Shown here: piece after piece, positions 52,164 through 64,000 of the stretch
How the letters are laid out: each line of letters begins with the position of its first letter
Position numbering within the stretch: the stretch's first letter is position 1
Assembly: GCA_951406725.2 (NCBI GenBank)
Contig: OX597825.1
Location: forward strand, 78,988,001-79,052,000
Source of the DNA: Octopus vulgaris
Taxonomy: Eukaryota
Direction of reading: 5' to 3'
Length of the DNA stretch: 64,000 nt
Program-made: the position numbers and the translations under genes
The notes under the pieces: model-generated
What the model was told of the DNA's origin: nothing
The model's database searches: none
Seen by the model: the letters and a program-made list of their open reading frames with translations, nothing else

Positions 52164-55100
52164 CTAAAAAAAAAGAAAAGAAAAGAAAAACAGTGTTAGC
52201 GAAAGCGGTGCTGAAACAATAATGCTTGTTCTTTAAAACAGAAACAACCCACTATCAAAGGACTGCAAGAAGAGAATAAAAGAAAGCTATGTTTTACTCG
52301 AAATTCTGCAATGTTGGCAGCACCAATGTTAATGTGGTCTTGAAAAGAGGCAGCCAAGTTGAAACGAAATTCACACCATAGCAATACAATAAAAACAATT
52401 CATTCACAGATTATCCAAAACACTAAGTATTTCTTTCTTCTATTTATTATTATCATCATCATTATTATTATTGTTTCTTATTTAGGTACAAGGCCAACAA
52501 TTTGGGAAGAATACAGATGATTAAAAACAAAGTTGATCTCCGGAGGATTAACAGGTATTTGTTGTGGCTCTTTATGTTCTGAATTCAAATCCCAGTGAGA
52601 TCAACTTTGCCCTTAACCCCCTTGGGGCCAACAAAAAGTACCAGTTAAGTACTAGGGTAATTCAATAAACTAACCCCCACCCTTCAAACTTTCAGGCCTT
52701 GTGCCTATGTTATAAACAATTATTAACATTATTTTGATACCAGCAATTGTAAATAATTGTAATATAATACAGTTGAGGAAAGTACTTAGCATTTCCATTA
52801 GAAAATATTTGTGGTATTAAAATAAAAAGAAAAAATATAATATTTTGGCACCCACCACAGAAAAAGAAAAGAAAATTGGCATTTTTAAAACATACAAGCT
52901 TCTGTTACTTCCTCACTGCTGTTAGAAATAATTATTAGTTTTTGGTTTTGATTTAGACACAAGGCCTGAAATTTTGAGGGGATGGTGAGTAGTCAGTACC
53001 ATTGGCCCCAGTACTTTTATTGATCCCCAGATGGATGAAAGGCAAAGTTGATGTCCTCAGTGGGAGTTGAACTTGAAACATAAAAAGCCAAGAAGAAACA
53101 CAACAAAACATTTTGCTGATGTGCTAATGAGTACCAGCCTGTCATCTCCTAACAGAAGCTACAAGAGTGACAACTGAGGCAAGTCACAAAGAGTCGAGGT
53201 AATAACCTAGAGTAAATTAAGATGTCCCACAACTATGTAAATGTCCTTCAACACTACAAATGCCTTTTTCAGGCTAAGAAACACAAATGAAACTTCTGAT
53301 TAGAACTATCAAACCAGATCGGTCTTGCTGCTCTCATCAAGTTTCTCACTGTAAAAGTTTATGAGTTTGGTCTTAGAAGAGGCCAAGCTGATGGCATTGC
53401 CAAACCTATAGAGTTTATCTGGAAATGGTAACACTCCCTTTTTTGTGAGAGCGTCAAGTCATGGACTCTCAGAAGTTATCCATAATCCTTAACCTAAAAG
53501 TTTTCTTGAATAGTCTCTAGATGAGACCATTCAGATTGTCTTCATTATTGCCCAGAATTGTCCAGAGGTCAACATCACTAATACCCTCCATTAACCCTCT
53601 TCAAATTACTTGTGTGGACAGTCCACTATTTGCATTGCCAAGTGGGCAGTGAGCAAAAAGCAAAAAGCAAGATGCTAAGTGCTCAACCTCAGTCTGTGAG
53701 TGACTCAAGATTGCAGCTCTAAGAGGTGAGTTTTGGAAAAACAAGCCTTGCAAATGACAACAACCATACCTATTCACCATCATCATTATTATCCAAGAAT
53801 CTCTATAGAGGTCAGAGTCTCATATTCAGCTTTCAGTAATCAGCTCCCTGTCAGAAAAACAAAATCTATCGAGACTTACCAAACAGATTATATACAACTT
53901 AAGAAGGTCTGCTGCAGTTTCACTAGATTCATTGTGTCGCATCAACTAATTTTACACAATTCCTGCATTCCTCAAGATACCATTCCTATCTCCCACTAAT
54001 ATTAACAATTTAATATAAAATAAAATTAAATTAAATAAATCAAATAAATGAATGAAAGAAAAATTAATGTCATCATTTAGAATATATAGTAATTATAAAA
54101 GCTGATATTATTAGAAAAATCACCTCCATTGGCCTATATAATCATTAAGTGACATTTGAAATTGTCTTCAGTTCCAGAGAAATTGACAAATACACCAGAG
54201 AGGCAAGTACAGAAGTGATAGAATCTATACAGAATTCAGAAGACAAAAAGAAGAAAAACAAAGATAACACCTAAGTAGATGTCAAGAAAACATTTTGATT
54301 GACCAGCCTTCAACCACAGTTCAAAAGGCAAACACAAACTGTCAAGAATCCTCACACTGGTTTTAAAGATCAGCCCCGAGGCTGAGGGTGGGGGGGGTCT
54401 CCTGATATCAACACAAGATCATTGGTAGGGTACTAAAATAGACACACACACAGAGGCTTCTTTCAATTTCTGTCTACCAAATTCACTTACAAGGGTTTGT
54501 TCGGCCTGAGGCTATAGCAGAATACACTTGCCCAAGGTGCCACACAGTGAGATTGAACCCAGAACCATGTGGTTGGATGGCAAACTTCTTACCACACAGC
54601 CACACTCATGTAATAAGAAGTGTTTAAAGAATAACATTGAAAGAAAAAAGGGTCAGCAGTGATGCCTGCATGATGATGTAATAACAACAGCAAGACAATG
54701 ACCCACACACCGTCTCAAAGTGTCCAGTATCAGCAAAAACTTGCATCAATAGCCACAAAGTTGATAACTTGCTACACTTGGAACTCTGCTAACAGTATAA
54801 AATGATTAGAGAAAACATATGGTGCAAGTACACACACACACACACTCTGAAAATGACTAAGCTACAATAATATAAGACATGCTTGTAAATACTGACAAAG
54901 AAAATACAGGCATGGAATCACAGACAAATAGTGCTTCTTGTAAATATTTAAATCCTGACAGGTGAAAAAAAAATATTGCCTTGAAAAAGTTGGAGAAGCT
55001 AAGTATAAATTCTTTGTTATAAAAATATTTAGAAAGTGAGAGTTGAGAAACAAAGTTGGTAACAGTGAGTGCACTGAAGCTACTTAATAGAAGAAAAATA

Positions 55101-58100
55101 TAAAAAATAAAATACTTAGATTGTTCTAATTTTACAACGTTAGAAAATAATATTGTTACATACAAAAAAAAATTTTCTCTTTAAAACAAGCTAATTAGAC
55201 TGATGATCTGAGATTGAAACTGAAACAAACAATATTTACCACCACCATCATCATCATCATTTAACATCTGCTTTCCATGTTGGCATGGGTTGGATAGTTT
55301 GACACGAGCTGGCAAGCCAGAAAACTGCACCAAGCTCAACTGTCTACCTTGGCATGGTTTCTACAGTTGGATGCCCTTCCTAACACCAAATTATTATTGT
55401 TTTGTTATTATGAAATAATAATGTGTTTCTATGAGGTACAAAGCCACAAATTTGAGAAAAAAAGTCAAATTTTCCCAGTATTTGAATGGTACTTTTTATT
55501 GATGTCAGAAAGATGAGAGCTAAAGCTAATATTGGTGCAATTTGAACTCAGGAATGTGAAAAACCAGAAGGTATTCTGTCTAAAATATTCTAATGATTCT
55601 GCCAAATGGTTTTTAACGTAAGCACAAGTTAAAAAATTGTGGAAAGTTATATAGTTGATCACATCCACCTAGCATTTGATTAACACTCAAAAAAATAAAA
55701 AGTAAAGTTGATCCAGACAAAATAGTTACTGACATTGGCACAAGGCTACACATTTCAGAAAATGGGTACAGTTAGTCTATCAAACCTAGATCTTGATTGG
55801 TACTTCTTTTATTAATCTTACAATAAAAATAAAACAATATTATTACTAAATAATAATAAACTAAACTACAGTGTTTCCAACTAGTCCTCTACATGTACAC
55901 CAAGTTTCACTATCCATACATACCAAGTGTATAGCTACACTCAGCTGATACCTTTAAATGCACTACATTGTCTAATGACCCCCTCATTGGGACCTTACAT
56001 ACAAAACATTTAACAAGAGGTTAAACAACATTGCCAAAACAGTACCTCTAAAACCATTGTTTATCTTCAGGAGTACAAAACATTTCAGCTCTGATCAATT
56101 GCTGACTCTCTACAAAGTTCAAATAAGGACAACATTGGGGCAGCACTATTATATACCAACATGGAATAGGTAGTACTGCTGGAGCTACAATTACTGCATG
56201 TGTGCACACGCACACACAACAACCCACTCCAGAAAATCATCCAGATGATTAGCAAAAATTCACTAATATACAAAAATCAGCTTCCCGAAACTAATAATCT
56301 GAATGTTGCCTCCATCCATGTCAGTCAGTAACAAAGACAATTCTCAATTCATTAACCTTACTATGTCTAGCATTCCAAAAATCCTATTCTAAACATGACA
56401 GGACAACAGCCCAATAGAATTCCTATCTTCCCCACTCTTTTCTTCTACCGTCATCAATCTACAGAAATTCAGGCTCAATATAATGCCTTAACTAACTGGG
56501 AGGGCCTATGAAGGTCATAGAGGCAGTACATCTAAATAAATTATTTAAAAATAATAGTAAATATCAGAAATTAGTAAGTAAAATAAAGGACAGGCCTTTA
56601 TAAATTAGCATAACCACCTGTTGATCAGTATGCATACACACATGTACATATGCACTAGACTCGAAAACAAACATAATTACAAACGTATATGCGGCGGGAT
56701 CACAACCAATACCCTTTGATTGATTGTAATATGGCCACATTAACAGATAGACACACGCACAAACATGATAATAAATCTACCAACAAGGCATTATCATAAA
56801 AGATCTTTAATCAAAATGTGCTAATGGACATTGCATGTCCAGATAAAGAATTGAAAGCTTCACAATAGAAGTGGAATTGCATAAAGACTTCAAACAAAAA
56901 CTGTACCTGTTATACTGGGGTCGATCAAGAGTTGCCAAAATGCAACCCAAGTTATCAGGATTACCTCTAACCAGTATCCCGAGAGAGTGTGTGTGTGAGA
57001 GAGAGAGACAGAGAGAGAGAGAGATTTTTACAATTAGGTAGTTGACATTTTTAAAAAAGCAATATAAAAACCAGCATACACACACATTTTTAGAGGGGCA
57101 GTGGACATGATCTTTGCATGGTAGACTGGCCTGGCCGAGACATCTGTAACTCAAATGTTTGCAGGAAACACTGAGTACAGAGGCAATATGTATTGTGGGG
57201 GATGGGGGCATCCAAATGCTTGCAATAAAATGAACTCTACTAAACATAATCCAAAAAACTGTTGGCTAGATGATGATGTTAAACAGAGCAACAAGTAGGC
57301 AGATATTTTATGGATGTCACCAACTCTTACCTGTTTCCAAGCAAGATCATATTTCCCCATGGCTAGACATGTTTTTCACATAAGATGAAAACAAGTAACA
57401 TTACTTGCAATGATGATGATGATGATGCTGGTTTGCAACCATCATGTGATGTCAAGACAAGGATACATACACACATGCACATCAATATACATAATGGGCT
57501 TCTTTCGGTTTCCATATACCAAATCCACTGATAAAGCTTTAGTTAGCTTGGGCTTATAGTAAAAGACACTTTCCCAAGGTACTGCACAGTGGGACTGAAC
57601 CCAAGACCACATAAGAGGATGGTTGAGAGGCAAGTTTCTTAACCATTCAGCCATGCTTGTGCCTTTGAGAAAATATGGCATGAATCAAAATCCAGTGAAA
57701 ACTCACAGAAAATAATATAAAAATTAAATAAACCTTTAAAGATGAGATGTAGCAAAGTGAAAAGCACTTCTCAAATTACAATAAACATACAAACACAAAG
57801 GGATTATTAGTGAGTGTGCACATGTGTGTTTCAAGTCCACACATACATCTCATCAACTATATTTTTCATGTATCAAAAGCCATTGAAATCTTGAAGTATT
57901 TTTCTTTAATGCATCCAATTCATGAGATAAAGACAATAGCATGAAACCCTTCAGAGTGCACAGCAAATCAAAATGTTAACATCAATGTGAAATGGCTCAA
58001 TAATGTACAACTGTACAGAACTGTAAACTACACGCTACACAACCAATCTAATAGAAAAAAAAAAGGAAGATTAAATTGGAAGATATCTCATTTCTTTACG

Positions 58101-58266
58101 TGCTTCGCTATATAATAGCTAGTTATGTATGCTATTAAAGCTTTCATAATTTATTCAATAACTAATGTATATTTGTATTTAGTGTGTGTGTGTGTACAAC
58201 TCATTCTATCCAATTTACTTAAGCCTTTGGTTACTAAGCTTACAAGCAGAATCTGTGGACAATTAA

Positions 58267-58472
58267 CCCTTTTGTCCCCATACAGCTGTTGAAATACAGA
58301 GCCTTTGTTTTTTTTTATTTTGGAATTAATGAAAAATTTAATAAAATAAATAGTTTTTAGAACATAAATTAATAAGATTTTTCGGTGGAAGGCTTTAACA
58401 TAGACCATTTTAAAACAGGCAATTTGTAACATAGAACCAGAGGCAGTCTTGAGCAGGTTGGTACCAAAAGGG
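58267..58472. mobile_element. piggyBac-type MITE
   Basis: TTAA-CCCTTTTG ... GGTACCAAAAGGG-TTAA. Confidence 0.75.
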
Positions 58473-59665
58473 TTAAAATGGGTACTGCACTGTCACAGTT
58501 ACAAGTCAAATTGCAACACAGGATAAAAACAAGTCAAGCTGATCCCTTTTTACTGTTCATATACTACTACTATTACATTGTTATCTTCAAATTTGTTCCA
58601 GTCACAGGACTGCAGCCAACCTAGGGGACTGCCTTGAAGGATTTTAGTTGAACAAATCAATCCCAGTACTTATTTTTTCTTTAAAGTCCGACACTTATTT
58701 TATCAGCCCCTTTTGCTGAACCATTAAGTTACAGGAATGTAAACAAACCGACACTGGTTGTCAAGTGGTGGAGGTGGAGAAATACAGATACATACACAAA
58801 ATACTTATATATGATGAACTTCCACACAGTACCCATCTACCATATTCACATACAAAGCAGTGGTTGATCTGGGGCTATAGTACCGCACAATAGAATTGAA
58901 CCCATAACCATGTAGTTACAAAGCAAAGTTCTTAACCATACAACCATTTCAGGTTTCAGTGAGTGTTTAATAATAAGTAACCAAAAGAAAAGTCATAAGT
59001 TATGAAGGTTAATCTGGAATTCCATTTATAAAGAATATCGCTGGTTATACTGGTGACCATGATTAATACTTCTCTCAGAGACTAACAAGACTTGTGAAGA
59101 TAAAAAGTGATTTATAGGTTTTTAATATAAACCCTCAACTCAAGTATATTATTCAACTATATATTAGAAGCATATATCTTATGAACAGCATGAGCATGGA
59201 AGATCACACTGCACTGACGTGATTTGTGCTCTAAATTAAAAGGCAGCTAAATTGATAACCTAAAGATATTTAGTGCATCTATATAGCCTTTATCTATACA
59301 AACTCAGCATCAACTGGTAATTCATTTCTTGAGTTCAAATATCACCAAGGTCGACTATACCCTTCATCTTTCAAAGATAATTACTAGTAATATAACGAAA
59401 TTGTCTTGATTCTTAAAATCTACCTATTTTGATTGTATCTTAATTTCAGGTAATTTTCAGTCAAGAATATTCTTTACAAATTAAATAAATAGAGGTAAAT
59501 ACTTTCAATAAATTGTGAAATTTGAGAAGCATAGCTTTTTAATTCCATAATTTATTGGTAAGAATTCACAGCTAACAATTAAGTTTCTGAAGTTTATATT
59601 AGTTTACTTAAGATTCTTTCAAAAATAGATATTCCAATGGGCTGCTTAAGCCTGCAATGTTATAG

Positions 59666-59709
<44 letters not shown>

Positions 59710-61175
59710 TTATATTCATATATACATTTATACATATTTATTTATATATATATTTATTTATATATATAAATAAATGACCATTAAAAAGTACCCGGTACAC
59801 TCTGGTAAATGGTGTCCGCATTACATGATGGCATGGGTTGGACTGTCTTTTGACAAGAGTTGGTAGGGCCAGGAGCTACACCAGACTCTACTGCTTGTTT
59901 TGGCATAGTTTCTATGGCTGGATGCCCTTCCTAATACCAACCATTTACAGAGTGTACTGGGTGCTTTTTAAGGGTTGCCAAGTGCATACTCACACACAAA
60001 AAGAAAAACATACACATATACAAGCGTATATAGACTCAACAAATTGCAGCAAAACAACCCATCTGTAAGAGCAGTAACTGAGTAAAAAAGTTACGGATTG
60101 GACACTTTAGTTCCAGCAGACAATTTCTCTGGTGCTGGTGGCATGATAAAATGGACCCCGACTATGCTATAAAAAGATCAGTATTCAAGAAGAACACTGA
60201 GCCATAAAAACCATGGTCTTCTCTCCACTATACATAACAACGAAGTCAGGCAGTTCTCTCTATTGTGTGCATCAGATGCTTTTTAGCCACAGTTAGGTAA
60301 ATATATTGTAATAATCTAAAACTGTTAGTGTTTAATTTGCAATTAGTCATGTGGCTAAATATAGCTACAGGAAATACTGTTTGAAAATTATTTAAGTAGG
60401 TGACGTTGCAAAAATGAAGAATAATTGATGAAAAAGTTTCCACAGATCTCCCAACAATTTTTCCCAAGCTCCTATTCACACATACTTTCCCATGTGTGTG
60501 TATTTAAGATCAACAAAAGAAAGAGAAAACTTCAACAAGATATACATGTTATTTTCAAGATATAAAGTTTATGCTCAACAGTTGGAATATTTTTAATGAC
60601 TACAGCCAAAACAAAGCTATGATCCAATGCTTCACACTTCAAAGTGAAAAACAAAACAAAAAAATACATTAAAAGCATATGAATAAAAGAAATAAACACA
60701 ATAGTGCTCCATTCATGAAGTAAATGGTGTGTGTGTATGAGAGAGAGCGAGAGAGAGTGTGAAAGAGAGAGAGAGCAAAGTTGCTCTTTATTTCAAATGC
60801 AAGTATGTAATTGTACATCTGGTCAAATAATAGTTTTCTTTTTCTATAATAATGTTACAAAACTAATTTATTTGCTAGTAAGTGCAAAAGCAGAGAGAGA
60901 GACGCTTTGAAATTTGAAAGAATGAAAGAAAAATTGAACGTATGAAATGACTTTTTTTCTTTCTCTTTTTTTGCGTAGTTTCATTCATGTGTGTTCTAAG
61001 TTTAAATCCTGCCAATACTGACATGGCTTGTCAGCATCAACACTTAACAAAGACTCTTGGCAAAAGTCATTGGTAGGAGTCAACAAGCTAAGTACCAAGC
61101 ATGTGCTTGAGTCAACTCAATCTAACTTCCATTCACATCCAAAAAGATTTCTGACAGTGTACAAAAATCATTTGG

Positions 61176-61388
61176 AGCGCTGGCAGAATCGTAAGCATGC
61201 CACACAAAATGCTTAGCAACATTTCATCTGTCTTTACATTCTGAGTTCAAATTCCACCGAGGTCAACTTTGCCTTTCATCTTTTTGGGGTTGATGAAATA
61301 AGTACCAGTTCAGTATTGGGTTTACTGTAATTAACTAGCCCCACTCCCCCAAAATTTCAGGCCCTGTGCCTATAGTGGAAAGGATTAT
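61176..61388 (+). mobile_element. Same SINE family on the plus strand
   Basis: gctggcagaatcg...gagttcaaattccaccgaggtcaactttgcctttcatc...aggattatt. Confidence 0.85.
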
Positions 61389-63822
61389 TGTTGTTTACTT
61401 TAACAGAAGATTATCAAATAAAAGTATATATGAGTGTGTGTGATTGAATGCAAGCATGTATGTAGCTGTTATGAAAAATACAGTTATGTTCAAGTTAAAG
61501 ATTTTATAATCATTTCTTAGCATTTACATACTGAGAAATCAACATCATCATTGTTTCTAAATGTCTACTTTTCCATGTAAGCATGGGTTGGACAAAATTT
61601 GCTGAGGCCGATTTTCTACAGCCAGATGTCTTTCCTGTTACCAACCCTTACCTGTTTCCAAGTAAAGTAACATTTCCCCGTGGCCAGACATGTTTTGAAG
61701 AAAGATTGGAAATGAAAGACATTACTTGCATGGTGGTGACACTCATTTACAAATATCACATAAGGAGACAGTAACATTCCAGCACATACACACACACGTG
61801 TGTGTATAAAAAAGGCTTCTTTCAGTTTCCCTTTACCAAATCCACTCACAAGTGGATTTTGTAAAGGGAATAAAAGATAAAAGTCAAGTGGATTTCCCTT
61901 GGTCAGTCAAGGGTTATACTGGGGGATATTTGCCCAAGTGGGACTGAATCCAAAACCATGTGGTTGGGAAACAAATTTCTTACCACACAGTCATATCAAC
62001 ACTCACTCGGGGAGCAGTTGTGAAACTGGAAAACAAATATTGTTGCAAGTACTTAGTTCCTTGCTCTTGTAAACCTACAATGTACGGCAGAAATAATGAT
62101 TGAAGCAATACAATAATTCTTTTCTTACACAATAAAGAAACAAAGATAAACAACATGATACCTTTATATATAATCAAAGTACAGCAATTAGCTGTCACTG
62201 ATATGTACAATGACTTTTGATAGTAAGCTTAACACACATAATATTTGGACGTGTTCAGCAAAGTTCACACCTTACAAGCAATTAGAGAAAAACATGATTT
62301 TCTTGTATCCTGCAGATATTATATTGGTTTCAAATCTTGGCACAAGGCCAGCAATTTCAAAGGAGGGGATAAGTTGATTACATCAACCAGTACTTTGGTG
62401 AAATTTGAACTTGGAATATATAGATAGGATGAACTGCTACAAAGAATTTTTCCCAGTGTGTGGTAATGATTCTGCCAATTCGCAGCCTTATCTCAGTGTG
62501 AACATCAGTACCACCAAAGGTCATGAGCATTGCTCCTTCACCTCCTCATTAACACAGGAATAAAAGATAAAAAAGAAAGAAAAAAAACAAGCTAATCAAG
62601 CTAATATTCGTAGAAATGCGAATGTTATGCAACCCCAACTTTGAAGTACCTTTCATTACTTCAGAAACACAGCCATATCTCATAAAAATATATCAGCAAT
62701 ACCACATAAAAAGCAAGTTGACAAGATAGTCGTGTGCATCAGTTGACCAACATACACAGGGTTACAGACCAAAATCAATGCAGTGACTGTAACAACACAA
62801 GATATAATTATAAAACTTGCACATGTATCAATTCTAACCTACTGATATCATCAATTAAACATAAAGCAGTATCAATAATAACCTATTACAAAACACAAAG
62901 TAAATTAAAAGTCTCCTTATTAAGAAACTGTAAGCTAGTCAGTCAGGTAAACCTTCACACAACCAATATAACAATCATAAATGCAAAGCTGGATATTGTT
63001 GAGTTTGTTAATCCAAATTGTTGGACTAATGAGTAGCAGGCTATCTCACAAGCTTTCCATATACTCTCAACATGGTACAACAAAAAATTAGGTCTGCTTA
63101 ATCATAGCTAACATGAGATACAACTAACTACCAAGAATGGTATAATTTAACATGAGTTTTCTCCACAGAGTGAGTATTCCATGAAAGTAAGACAACTTAA
63201 AGAACTGATCCTTCCAGCTAAACAAACACTAAAAATTTAGAGCAAATGAGTGAACCACTATGTTTGACCCATTAAAAACTGCATTCAAATCCTCTCTAGA
63301 ATCACATTCTCTTGTCTTAAAACAGGGAAGGATGCATTAACTAAAAAAGTAGTCAAAATACAGTGCTTCAGATGTAGGAAAAAAAATGTTTGCAGTTGAA
63401 ATAGTTGTGATCAATAAATGTTATCCTGGGGCTAAAAAGTAACAACACTTTATACAAGAATATTCAGATGTTCCAACACTTTAGTAATAGTAACGGTTAC
63501 AAACTTAAAAATCTAGAAGCATCTGATGAAAGAAAATATATAACATGAACCAATTACATTCTGCTTATTCAGTAATTACATTCACCACTACAAACTATTA
63601 TTTCAACATGCATCACCCAGACAATAAGGTCATAAGGACCTAGAAATGCTGATGCTATGGTGATCATAGGATAATTAATATTCCAAACCCTGCAACACAA
63701 AAGCACTTATACAAATGTATAGATAAAAAAGGAAAGAAACTGCCTCAAAATACATGAGTAAAAATAAAAGTGTAACCCACATACAATCTCTTTCTCTCTC
63801 ACCTCCATATAATATATATACA

Positions 63823-63871
<49 letters not shown>

Positions 63872-64000
63872 CACCATTCAAGTGTGATCGTTACCTGCAT
63901 TGCCTTACTGGCACTTGTGTTGGTGGCACGTGAAAAAACATTCGAGCAAGGTCATTGTCAGTGCCACTGGACTGGCTCCTGTGCAGGTGGCACGTAAGAA

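Noticed and set aside
52300-64000. Upstream CRTC exons (NPRKFSEKIAL, GGSLPNV, YLSPP..SWR)
   Set aside because: Not found by eye; probably beyond the window end, though a short exon could have been missed.

Overview
AT-rich, repeat-dense animal DNA. The SINE and microsatellite landscape suggests an octopod cephalopod (inference). The whole window lies inside one minus-strand gene, the CREB-regulated transcription coactivator CRTC/TORC. Five frame-consistent GT-AG exons are visible (23110-23019, 20531-20470, 19744-19701, 17711-17402, 9802-9290). They encode the TNSDSALH SIK/14-3-3 site, WDPKK..RPKSCEVPNINIYP, GSLPDL and a Q/H-rich region. I found neither the N-terminal CREB-binding exons nor the C-terminal activation exons; they probably lie outside the window. 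Main observation: the >40 kb phase-2 intron above 23110 splits the codon of the -3 Arg of the main inhibitory phospho-site. It contains several candidate exons, each of which would rewrite or truncate that site: a 36-nt cassette, a 3-nt microexon, two ATG-bearing first exons and two stop-containing exons. Second observation: Penelope-type hammerhead ribozyme motifs, including two in the arms of a ~225-bp palindrome in a CRTC intron. The rest is SINEs (some in head-to-tail arrays), LINE relics, hAT and piggyBac-type MITEs, and microsatellites. All alternative-exon and ribozyme calls were made by eye and need RNA or biochemical confirmation.
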